Of a DNA stretch of 32,000 bases, positions 18,636 through 26,906 are shown piece by piece. Each line of letters opens with the position of its first letter. The stretch's first letter is position 1. The stretch lies in NCBI GenBank assembly GCA_008080745.1, contig SHMX01000007.1, positions 1 to 32,000 of the forward strand, in the 5' to 3' direction. Origin of the DNA: Candidatus Thorarchaeota archaeon (GTDB lineage Archaea > Asgardarchaeota > Thorarchaeia > Thorarchaeales > Thorarchaeaceae). The position numbers and the translations under genes are program-made. The notes under the pieces are model-generated. The model saw only the letters and a program-made list of their open reading frames with translations. It made no database searches and had not been told where the DNA came from.

Positions 18636-19591
18636 TGACTGAAGAAGCAGCAGTACGAATTAAAGACATGCTTGAGAAGGATGAGATTCTATCATCCGGG
18701 CACAGAATGTGTGCAGGATGCGCCGCTCCAACTATTGTCAAACTCATGGGCATGGCCCTACGAGGACCAACTGTAGTCTGTGAAGCAACTGGTTGTCTGG
18801 AGGTCGCAACAACAATTTACCCCTATACAGCTTGGAAGATTCCTTGGATTCACGTTGCCTTTGAAAACGCTTCAGCAGTAGCATCTGGTGTAGTAGAGGC
18901 ATACAAAGTTATGCATCAGAAGGGTCGTTTTGAACACGAACATGTTGATGTTATTGCTATTGGTGGAGATGGTGGCACCTTTGACATTGGTTTCGGCTCC
19001 CTGAGTGGCATGCTTGAAAGAGGTCATGACGTAGTTTACATGGTCTACGATAATGGTGCTTACCAGAATACTGGTATCCAGCGTTCAGGTGCAACATTAC
19101 CAGGTCAGGAAACAACTACTTCCTGGGCTGGCAAAGTATCTCCTGGAAAGGAACAACGGAAAAAACCCATCGCTGAAATCGTTGCAGCTCATAAGATTCC
19201 TTATGTTGCAACTGTAAGCCCCTATCACCGACGTGATTTCATACAGAAGTTCCGTAAAGCACTAGAGGTCGAGGGACCGGCATTTATTCATGCAATCTCT
19301 CCCTGCCCAAGAGGTTGGAGATCAGAAACTGGAAAGAGCATGGAATTAGCCAAACTAGCCGTTGAGACTGGTATTCATCCCCTCTACGAAGTCTTTGATG
19401 GTGAAGAATACAAAATGTCTGGCCCAAGTAAGCGTATCAAAGAGCTTACTCCCATTGAGGACTACATGAAACCACAGGGCCAATTCCGACACCTATTCAA
19501 AGACCCACAGTGGGAAGGCTTCAGAGAGCAGATTCAGACTTGGATCAAAGAGGACTGGGAACTGCTCAAGAAGAAGTGTGGTGTAGAATAA
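18635..19591 (+). CDS. porB: Pyruvate/2-oxoacid:ferredoxin oxidoreductase beta subunit
   Basis: GHRMCAGC, TGCLEV, GGDGGTFDIG, YDNGAYQNTGIQRS, SPCPRGW. Confidence 0.95.
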   Translation: MTEEAAVRIKDMLEKDEILSSGHRMCAGCAAPTIVKLMGMALRGPTVVCEATGCLEVATTIYPYTAWKIPWIHVAFENASAVASGVVEAYKVMHQKGRFEHEHVDVIAIGGDGGTFDIGFGSLSGMLERGHDVVYMVYDNGAYQNTGIQRSGATLPGQETTTSWAGKVSPGKEQRKKPIAEIVAAHKIPYVATVSPYHRRDFIQKFRKALEVEGPAFIHAISPCPRGWRSETGKSMELAKLAVETGIHPLYEVFDGEEYKMSGPSKRIKELTPIEDYMKPQGQFRHLFKDPQWEGFREQIQTWIKEDWELLKKKCGVE

Positions 19592-19603
19592 CTCGATAAA
19601 TGA

Positions 19604-19645
19604 AGGAGCACTTGGTGTGCTCCTATCTTCTTATTTTTAGTTTTC
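19604..19645 (+). terminator. Hairpin plus T-rich tract after porB
   Basis: AGGAGCAC-TTGGT-GTGCTCCT (8-bp stem, 19604-19624) followed by ATCTTCTTATTTTTAGTTTT. Confidence 0.65.
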
Positions 19646-20263
19646 AATTCCAATATCATAAAACAAAAAATCAAGTTGTTCCTTTTTGATAAGATGATAC
19701 ATTTTTTGTGCCATCTCACGAATCTCAAAATCTGCTACATGCTCAGCTCTGAGCTTGAAAAAGTTACGAAGTGATCTAGCATTAATAGTCATGACAAGAT
19801 CTGTCCGTGTTTCCTGAGGTAGTTTTCTTCTAGCTATATCTGCATCGTATCCTTTCTCCAACCACTTCTCGTAGATGGCTATTTGCTGTCGGATATCTTT
19901 AATCCACTCTTCACGATCTTCTTCACTTAGATTATCAGGAATGACAAAGTCCTCCTCGGTCAAAATCCTTTCTTTTCTGTGACTCTTCTGAGTATATGAT
20001 GCCATTCTATGTCTGACAAGCTGATGAGATGCAACGCGAGAGATACTGACCCAGAACTGGAATACAATGTGTTCAAGCACACTGTCATGACCTAAACGAA
20101 TCATCTTTTCTAAGAATTCCCGTGCTCTTTCGAAGGTTATCTCTGTCACAAATTCATGATATTCATCATCATGGCGAGAAACCATTCCCGCAGCAGTTGC
20201 ATCAATAATGCTCTCCTTAGAAGGTACTCCTGACCTCGTCCATTCCACCTTCGTCATCAACAT
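19637..20263 (-). CDS. thyX: FAD-dependent thymidylate synthase
   Basis: GHDSVLEH, RHRMASYTQKS (RHRx7S), INARSLRNFFKLR, EIRE. The start is uncertain (20257, 20263 or 20272). Confidence 0.9.
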   Translation of the reverse strand: MLMTKVEWTRSGVPSKESIIDATAAGMVSRHDDEYHEFVTEITFERAREFLEKMIRLGHDSVLEHIVFQFWVSISRVASHQLVRHRMASYTQKSHRKERILTEEDFVIPDNLSEEDREEWIKDIRQQIAIYEKWLEKGYDADIARRKLPQETRTDLVMTINARSLRNFFKLRAEHVADFEIREMAQKMYHLIKKEQLDFLFYDIGIEN

Positions 20264-20373
20264 GTATTCCATCCTTTTGTTGTTGATGCTTGCATAGCAT
20301 CGTGCAATTATAGGTATCGAAAGAATATGGTTCAAGAAGACTTATGGACAGTAGTATACTCTAAAGAAGTATC

Positions 20374-21186
20374 ATGACCGATAATCCTCTGATTAGTCCA
20401 TCTCGTCCCCTGATCATGGGGCATCGAGGAAATCCCTCTGCAGCTCCCGAGAATACACTAGAGGCGATTAAAGCAGCTGTAGATATAGGTGTAGATTTTA
20501 TAGAGACCGATATACGGCTGACCAGTGACGACCGGATAGTTCTATTTCATGATGATACATTAGAGCGGATAACTGGCGAAGCAGATGTTGTTAGTAACTA
20601 TACCCTTGACGACCTACTATCTTTTGACATGGGTGCGCTTTATACTCCGGATGGTGAAACTTACCCTTTCAAGGATAAGGGGTATAAGATTGCAACTCTT
20701 GAGAAATCTCTGAGCATGTTTCCGGACATGAAGTTCAATTTAGATATCAAGGATGATATTGATGATTTTCCTCAGATACTGATTGATTTGCTTATTCGCC
20801 ACGGAGCAAAAAATCGTGTCGTGATTGGCTCTTTTCACTCACAACAGGTGGAACGGGTCAGAGGTATTGACTCAGAAATTATGACCTCTGCTCATCCCGG
20901 AGAGGTAAAACGTTTTGTTCTTGGAATGAAAGCACATCTTGACCGCTTTCTAGTGAAGAATCCTAGATATTTTGCATTACAAGTGCCCATGCAGAGTGGG
21001 CGAATCAAAGTGATATCAAAAAGGTTTATCGATGCTGCACATAATCGAGGTGTCGCAGTTCATGTATGGACCATAAATGAAGCGGAAACCATGAACGAAT
21101 TGATTGATTTGGGTATTGATGGTATATTTACTGATGAACCTCAGCTTCTAAAGGACATTCTATCTGATAGAGGACTCCTAACTTGA
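20374..21186 (+). CDS. Glycerophosphodiester phosphodiesterase (GDPD)
   Basis: GHRG..PENTL, ETDIRLTSD, FHD, WTIN, GIDGIFTDEP. Confidence 0.93.
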   Translation: MTDNPLISPSRPLIMGHRGNPSAAPENTLEAIKAAVDIGVDFIETDIRLTSDDRIVLFHDDTLERITGEADVVSNYTLDDLLSFDMGALYTPDGETYPFKDKGYKIATLEKSLSMFPDMKFNLDIKDDIDDFPQILIDLLIRHGAKNRVVIGSFHSQQVERVRGIDSEIMTSAHPGEVKRFVLGMKAHLDRFLVKNPRYFALQVPMQSGRIKVISKRFIDAAHNRGVAVHVWTINEAETMNELIDLGIDGIFTDEPQLLKDILSDRGLLT

Positions 21187-21189
21187 TCT

Positions 21190-22011
21190 CTAGAAGATAA
21201 CTGACCCCTTCGTATCCCAACGTGTATAGAGCTTCGCATCGGGTTGCAGAATGAGATAGCGTGGATCTGCGGTCTCCTCTGACACCATGCAATCGTCGTT
21301 CCATACAACTCCAATACCATCTGCATCATATTTCCATGCCCCCAAAGCAAGTAGTTCTAATTTTCTATATCTGGTTCGACTCTTGAATTCTGTAAGCAGT
21401 TCATCATAGACTTTCGTTGCGATATTGTCTGCTCCATAGAGTTTTTTGAATGATGCTTGGCTAGGTTTCCATACATTTACCAAGAGGTCCATAATGTAAT
21501 CAATATTATAATCATCAAACCAATTAGTCATAGCTATCGAGAGTCTTAGCACGAATCCTTTTTCTCGGATCATCGCCACCAAATTTAATGGTTCGTAGTT
21601 AGCCTTTGCAGGCACTCGCATGATTCTGATGATATCTTCTTCGTGGAGGGCGGGAACTGAGAGGGAGATTACACGAATTCCTGCCTCGTATAGTATATCC
21701 AATTTTTCCTCTGTAAGACCGACACCACTTGTCTGAATCTCAACATGAGCCATCTCTGGTGCGACTCGGTTGATAATTCCCATGACGTCTCTGATGTAGT
21801 TGATATTGATAGTTGGTTCGCCATGACTCGTAATCATAATTGCAGCAACACGGCTGGCTGCGTATCGCACTCGTTTCGCTATCTCTTGAGTCCATCTTTC
21901 ATGATTGCTCTGCCACTCAGTTCTGAAACGTGTGGCGTGTTGACGGTACACACAAAAGGGGCAATCATTCATACAACCGGCTGGAATAGTTACCTGCAGC
22001 GAACCAATCAT
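21190..22011 (-). CDS. Radical SAM protein of unknown function
   Basis: CMNDCPFC (CxxxCxxC), TSHGEP, EIQTSG. No auxiliary Cys-rich SPASM domain. GGAG upstream. Confidence 0.85.
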   Translation of the reverse strand: MIGSLQVTIPAGCMNDCPFCVYRQHATRFRTEWQSNHERWTQEIAKRVRYAASRVAAIMITSHGEPTININYIRDVMGIINRVAPEMAHVEIQTSGVGLTEEKLDILYEAGIRVISLSVPALHEEDIIRIMRVPAKANYEPLNLVAMIREKGFVLRLSIAMTNWFDDYNIDYIMDLLVNVWKPSQASFKKLYGADNIATKVYDELLTEFKSRTRYRKLELLALGAWKYDADGIGVVWNDDCMVSEETADPRYLILQPDAKLYTRWDTKGSVIF

Positions 22012-22202
22012 GACATTTTATCTCCAAAGTTCAATCCAAATTTGAAATATTCTGGAATTATCCTGTTATAGCATTATCCGGGATTTGAAAAAAACCCCAT
22101 TCTTGCTCTCGAAAAGATAACAATAGATACGAAAATTCGATTGTGTCCGAACAATGTTAATATGCTGCTACAGAGAACTTCTTTGCGCTAGTCCATGTTG
22201 AT

Positions 22203-22217
22203 TGTTCTTTAAGAACA
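22203..22217. promoter_or_regulatory. Palindrome TGTTCTT-T-AAGAACA overlapping a TATA-like TTTAAG
   Basis: Perfect 7-bp inverted repeat about 35 bp upstream of ATG 22253. Confidence 0.5.
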
Positions 22218-22252
22218 CGAAACGTGGAGGACCAATACTGGAGAACAAGTAT

Positions 22253-22390
22253 ATGACCTGCCCAGAGTTTAATGCGGATGAAAGCAAATGTGGCGTAGAT
22301 GGCTTCAAGTTCTATGAAGGAATGAACAAGCCATGTGATACTCCTGGAATTAACAAGGACAAGTGTCCACGTTTTGCAATGTCCGAATAA
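22253..22390 (+). CDS. Small 4-Cys protein (45 aa), putative Zn/metal-binding
   Basis: MTCPEFNADESKCGVDGFKFYEGMNKPCDTPGINKDKCPRFAMSE, with C-x9-C-x14-C-x9-C spacing. GGAG upstream of the ATG. Confidence 0.65.
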   Translation: MTCPEFNADESKCGVDGFKFYEGMNKPCDTPGINKDKCPRFAMSE

Positions 22391-22392
22391 AT

Positions 22393-22478
22393 AGTCAAGC
22401 TGCGACTGTCCGTCGTATATCAATTATTCTTGACTGAGTGAGACGCGGAAAGGCGCGTCGCTCAGTCACACTTTCTAA
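22393..22478 (+). other. Structured RNA element or terminator: two overlapping hairpins
   Basis: Hairpin B is TGACTGAGT-GA-GACGCG-GAAAGG-CGCGTC-GCTCAGTCA (22431-22468). The alternative hairpin A pairs AGTCAAG 22393-22399 with CTTGACT 22429-22435 and contains an inner stem TGCGAC/GTCGTA. Confidence 0.55.
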
Positions 22479-22575
22479 TTCCCAGTAGATGTTTTCAGGT
22501 CAGAACAGGTTTTTATCAGAAGAATTTATCAGTGAGAGAAGAATGGTGAGCAAATCCCTTTTGGTGGTAAAAAGC

Positions 22576-22842
22576 ATGGTCAAGGCTTACATTTTGATCA
22601 GAACAAAGGCTGGAAAAGAGGATGACGTCCTCAAAGAGATTCTAAACCTACATGTTACCGAAGAGGCTCATAAGGTCTTTGGGCCCTATGATATTATTGC
22701 TGAGGTACGTGGAAGAGATATGGAGAGTCTTGTTGATATCATTCTTACAAAGATACGCAGAATAGATGGGATGGAAGAAACCCAGTCTCTCATGGCAATA
22801 GATGCAGAATTGGATATGATATCAACTTCACTGGGTTCCTGA
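22576..22842 (+). CDS. Stand-alone Lrp/AsnC ligand-binding (RAM) domain protein
   Basis: AYILIRT..GKEDDV, VFGPYDIIAEV, IRRIDG.EETQS. No HTH. The likely start is ATG 22576. Confidence 0.85.
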   Translation: MVKAYILIRTKAGKEDDVLKEILNLHVTEEAHKVFGPYDIIAEVRGRDMESLVDIILTKIRRIDGMEETQSLMAIDAELDMISTSLGS

Positions 22843-22951
22843 TGTATTGAACAAAGCCTGGAAGGACATTTCTTCCGGTTTGTCGGACATTTTGTTAAAA
22901 AGGACTAAACCCAGAAAATAGTGGAACCAAGACCACTTTGGAGGTATACAC

Positions 22952-23764
22952 ATGCCAATCAAAACATTATCAAGAAGACCTTTTGCACTAATGCTAGAAG
23001 ATGACTCTGGTGAGATTGTACCAGTAAAGTTAGATCCCGCAATGGTAACCAGCGACAGAGCATTAATTGTTTTAGATGAATTTAATGACACCTGTTGGGT
23101 ATGGATTGGTCGAAATGTCAATATGCCAACTCGTATGCACGCATTACGAATGGGAAAAGGTATTCAGAAATCTGGTCACACTATTGGAGTAACTACAATT
23201 GGAATGGCCACGACACATCTCGTAGAGATGATGGAGAAGGATGCAGGAGATCCTGAAGTAGCTGGAAATATTGAACGGTTTAAGACTGCAATAGATCAAA
23301 AGTGGACCTATGAAGACGAAGTCCTTGCAACTCTATCCGACGGATCTGGACCCACAGCTCCACCTCCAGAATCATCCTCTGCAAGTTATGAGGCAACACC
23401 TGCAATCAGTGAATCTCCGCCTCCCAGCCCTGAACCAGAACCTGTAAGCACAAGGCCACCCAAACCACCGAGAAAGGAACCTGAACCTTTACGTGAAACC
23501 GTAACCACACCCACAGGTTCAGTTGGAGTAGAACAGAAAGCTGCCTATTTACTATATGCAACAGTGAGCAACGCTGAATTAGTGTACACTGAACGTATCA
23601 ATCGTGATGGCAAGACTGGCTTCAAGATTGAAGCACCAGGAATTTTTGTCGTTGAAGCCATATTAGATGGTGATGACCTCTCCATCAAACCGAGTAATTT
23701 CGGTGATAATGAAGAGGCCAGAAAGATAAAGGCCGAATACGAATCCATGATTAAGAAACTCTAA
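22952..23764 (+). CDS. Gelsolin-like domain protein with a proline-rich linker and an unknown C-terminal domain
   Basis: VTSDRALIVLDEFNDTCWVWIGRNVNMPTRMHALRMG matches the gelsolin pattern S.D..ILD....yvW.G......r..A, followed by a Pro/Ser/Glu-rich linker. Confidence 0.7.
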   Translation: MPIKTLSRRPFALMLEDDSGEIVPVKLDPAMVTSDRALIVLDEFNDTCWVWIGRNVNMPTRMHALRMGKGIQKSGHTIGVTTIGMATTHLVEMMEKDAGDPEVAGNIERFKTAIDQKWTYEDEVLATLSDGSGPTAPPPESSSASYEATPAISESPPPSPEPEPVSTRPPKPPRKEPEPLRETVTTPTGSVGVEQKAAYLLYATVSNAELVYTERINRDGKTGFKIEAPGIFVVEAILDGDDLSIKPSNFGDNEEARKIKAEYESMIKKL

Positions 23765-23788
23765 TAACCATCTGGCACGGTCTTGGCA

Positions 23789-24565
23789 TTAGGCTCGAGG
23801 TGTTTCTACCTCGAGCGTTCTATACCAATAATCAAAATATTTCCCAAATCCTAATTTTCTATACAAATCTAAGGCAGGGGTGTTGTCACTCTCGACCTGT
23901 AAATATGCATGTTCAACTCCCAACTCCTTAGCCCATTTTGCAATGGCACAACTTGCAGCAGTAGCGCATCCCAGCCTTCTATACTCTGGATCTGTGGTTA
24001 CCGAAAAAAGTCCTACCCATTCTTTGTGCACTACTCCGAGAGCTAATGACACTATCTTTCCATCATAACTGATTTCCACAAGTAATTTGGGCTGTGAAAT
24101 TCTCTCCATAATTTTTCTTCGAATTTTCACATAATAATTTGATAGGTCGAGCATCTCTTGATATCTCTTTATCCATCGATTTGTTACATGATTTGATGTC
24201 AATACAGGAATATCTATTTGATGTTGGAGAAGATCATCTACCGCTGCAATTTCTACTTGGGTGGGCATAAGAATGGTGAAACCTCTTGCCTTTAGTGCCT
24301 CATCAAGATTAGGCGGTTGTGTGAAATTGGTCAGTTGAAATTGCGGTGTGATCTTCCTCCTTTTGTAGAATGATATCGCATAGTCAATTGCCTTTTCTAC
24401 TTCGGTAGGCGGAGGATTTTCTGGAAATACACTATTAGCTCTACTAGTGATTCCATGGTTTGCACGTAATTGCCACCCGCCATATTGTTCGATTTCTTTA
24501 GCAGGCCAAGCATCAGCTGCTATCCTCTGAAGTTTCCGCTTACTCTCTAGAGACAGCCTACTCAC
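23789..24565 (-). CDS. GNAT family N-acetyltransferase (tandem GNAT fold)
   Basis: VTTDPEYRRLGCA acetyl-CoA motif, YLQVESDNTPALDLYRKLGF, and N-terminal RANSV. GTG start. Confidence 0.9.
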   Translation of the reverse strand: MSRLSLESKRKLQRIAADAWPAKEIEQYGGWQLRANHGITSRANSVFPENPPPTEVEKAIDYAISFYKRRKITPQFQLTNFTQPPNLDEALKARGFTILMPTQVEIAAVDDLLQHQIDIPVLTSNHVTNRWIKRYQEMLDLSNYYVKIRRKIMERISQPKLLVEISYDGKIVSLALGVVHKEWVGLFSVTTDPEYRRLGCATAASCAIAKWAKELGVEHAYLQVESDNTPALDLYRKLGFGKYFDYWYRTLEVETPRA

Positions 24566-24670
24566 CTATATTGTCTGCGAGCATATGTGATTTAGAATTA
24601 TCTCTCTAAGTAAAACTGGTATTCGATAACATTCTTCAGTGGTATAGTTTCCAAAAGTATCACCCCTGGA

Positions 24671-25624
24671 GTGAATCAAGATATGAGTCATGTGCGCTGG
24701 AATCCAATGCTGGGTGAATGGGTTATTGTAACCCCGAAACGTGCGAGTCGACCATTTCAAAAAAAGGACCATCAATGCCCTTTTTGTCCCGGACAAGAAG
24801 AAACCAAGGGGGATTGGAGAGTCCTCACATTAGAGAATCGCTTTCCTGCATTATCCCCTGACGTTGGCCCTGTTCCTCTTGATGGAGATATTGTGATGGA
24901 GGCACCAGCTTTTGGAATCTGTAAGGTAATAATAACTTCTCCAGAACATGATAACCAAATCGAGAATATGCCTGATGAACAACTTGAACTCATCATGAAA
25001 GAGTATCTCAGGGTCTTCAAGGAACTTGACAAAACGAAGGGAATTGAATATGTGTTCCAATTTGAAAACCGAGGTAAAGCTATTGGTGTAAGTCTCAATC
25101 ATCCTCATGCCCAGGTCTATGCAATGCCTTTCATTCCACCCCGAATTAGCCGAGAGATTACCCAAGCGAGAAAAATATGGGAACGGGAAGATGAATGCAT
25201 GGTATGTCAGATTATCGAAAACGAACAAAAATCTGCAACCTCTCGCATCATCAAAAAGAGCGAGAATTTCATATCTGTTGTACCATTCTTTGCCCGTCTT
25301 CCTTACGAGGTCCATATCTATCCTCTATCTCATGCTTCCAGCCTCGCAGAATTAGAGGGACAATTATTGGAACTTGGAAGGATGATTCAGGATATTGCAA
25401 GACGGTATGATGCAGTCTTTGACGAAAATGCATACATTATGGCTTTTCATACCCGTCCCTCTTCAGGTACACACCCCTATTGGCATTTTCATATTGAATT
25501 CTACCCACCTTGGCGAGATAAATCTAGAATCAAATATTTGGGTGGTGTTGAAACCGGGAGTTTTACTTACACCAATGATAGCTCTCCAGAGGAAATAGCA
25601 AAGGAGCTTCAGGAGGCATTATGA
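24671..25624 (+). CDS. galT: Galactose-1-phosphate uridylyltransferase
   Basis: RWNPMLGEWVIV...RASRP, CPFCPG, ENRFPAL, SLNHPHAQ (HxHxQ). The start is GTG 24671 or a downstream ATG. Confidence 0.92.
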   Translation: MNQDMSHVRWNPMLGEWVIVTPKRASRPFQKKDHQCPFCPGQEETKGDWRVLTLENRFPALSPDVGPVPLDGDIVMEAPAFGICKVIITSPEHDNQIENMPDEQLELIMKEYLRVFKELDKTKGIEYVFQFENRGKAIGVSLNHPHAQVYAMPFIPPRISREITQARKIWEREDECMVCQIIENEQKSATSRIIKKSENFISVVPFFARLPYEVHIYPLSHASSLAELEGQLLELGRMIQDIARRYDAVFDENAYIMAFHTRPSSGTHPYWHFHIEFYPPWRDKSRIKYLGGVETGSFTYTNDSSPEEIAKELQEAL

Positions 25625-26781
25625 TGGATATCCCAAAAGGCATGTTGTCATCTCTGCAAGAGCTAGTAGGTTCTCACGGTGTCCAACCAGTTCTATCACG
25701 TGCCCCTGGTCGAATTGAGGTTCTTGGTAACCATACCGATTACAATGGTGGTGTAGTTCTTGCAGCCACTATAGATCGATTTGTTTGGGCATTAGGAATT
25801 CTGAGTGATGAAGTACGTATTCATTCTATTGACTATGATGACACGTTTTCCTTCAGTCCACAAGACATACCGAAGTTCAAAGTAACAAGCTGGACAGAAT
25901 ACGCAAAGGGTATCTATTGGGCTCTTAATCGTCGTAAACACAATCCTTCAGGCATGACGGCGGTGGTTAAAGGTGATGTTCCACAGGGATCCGGTCTCAG
26001 CTCTTCGGCAGCTTTCGAAGTGGCACTAACAAACCTCGTGAGTGAATTGAACTCTCTTAATCTTCCTCCGAAAGCCGCAGCTATGATTGCTTTTGAGGCG
26101 GAACGTGTCTATTGTATGGTTTCTTGTGGCGTGATGGATCAATTCACTTCACAGCTTGGTCAACCAAACTCGCTGATAGGAATCAACTGCCAGAATCTCC
26201 AAGTTAGACATGTAAACATCCATGACGACATTAAATTTGTCGTAGTAGACTCGATGATATCTCGAGCAGCCGGTGATGCATTAAACCAACGGCGTCATGA
26301 GTGTCAACAAGCATTGCGAATATTAAATGAGGCAGGGTGGAATATTGGTACTCTTAGTGATATTGATTCATCCCGTATTGATGATCTTGATGATGTACTG
26401 GAAGAGAAATTATCTCAAAGAGTAGAACATGTAGTAAGAGAGAATCTCAGGGTTCGGAAAGGAATCGAAGCAATTCAGCATAACGATTTAGAGGAATTCG
26501 GATCAATCATGTTCCGTTCTCACATCAGTTCACGTAATCTTTACGAAGTATCTCATCCCAATCTCGATATGTTGGTTGATATGGCAACACGCCACGAAGG
26601 CGTTCTGGGTGCAAGAATGACGGGTGCTGGATTCGGAGGAGCAATTCTCTGTATGGTAAAATCGAAAAACGTAACCAATTTCGTGTCTTATATTCAAAAG
26701 AGATACGAGTCAGAAACAGGTAAGGCTGCCTTTGTCCTAGAGTGTGACATTCCTGGTGGTGTTCAGCTACAAAAAATGTAG
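25621..26781 (+). CDS. galK: Galactokinase (GHMP kinase)
   Basis: APGRIEVLGNHTDYNGG, GSGLSSSAA, CGVMDQ, GARMTGAGFGG. Its start overlaps the galT stop. Confidence 0.9.
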   Translation: MMDIPKGMLSSLQELVGSHGVQPVLSRAPGRIEVLGNHTDYNGGVVLAATIDRFVWALGILSDEVRIHSIDYDDTFSFSPQDIPKFKVTSWTEYAKGIYWALNRRKHNPSGMTAVVKGDVPQGSGLSSSAAFEVALTNLVSELNSLNLPPKAAAMIAFEAERVYCMVSCGVMDQFTSQLGQPNSLIGINCQNLQVRHVNIHDDIKFVVVDSMISRAAGDALNQRRHECQQALRILNEAGWNIGTLSDIDSSRIDDLDDVLEEKLSQRVEHVVRENLRVRKGIEAIQHNDLEEFGSIMFRSHISSRNLYEVSHPNLDMLVDMATRHEGVLGARMTGAGFGGAILCMVKSKNVTNFVSYIQKRYESETGKAAFVLECDIPGGVQLQKM

Positions 26782-26906
26782 CATGTCCCCAGTAAGTGCT
26801 TGAATGCGGCAACTATTATAGATTTGATTCCTACAAGATATTATCATATACTTAGGTTTCGAAATGAGTCAAGCCTCGAAAAGCCGCCACCACCGGGGTC
26901 GCCCTG

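Noticed and set aside
19940-20030. ThyX motif ending SHRK rather than SxRY as a sign of inactivity
   Set aside because: The RHRx7S motif with the conserved Ser and the other motifs are intact, so this is probably tolerated variation.
21190-22011. Viperin-like antiviral radical SAM enzyme
   Set aside because: The viperin-type N-terminal context (NYHF...CNYxCxFCFH) and its other motifs are not seen.
21190-22390. Radical SAM plus Cys peptide as a RiPP (sactipeptide/ranthipeptide) cluster
   Set aside because: The enzyme lacks SPASM/twitch cysteines and an RRE domain, the genes are divergent, and no transporter or protease is adjacent. Kept only as a weak possibility.
22431-22468. Hairpin as a SECIS element (some Asgard archaea use selenocysteine)
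   Set aside because: There is no AUGA/GA quartet and no GAA/A internal loop. The upstream ORF ends in TAA, and I found no in-frame UGA in a plausible selenoprotein nearby.
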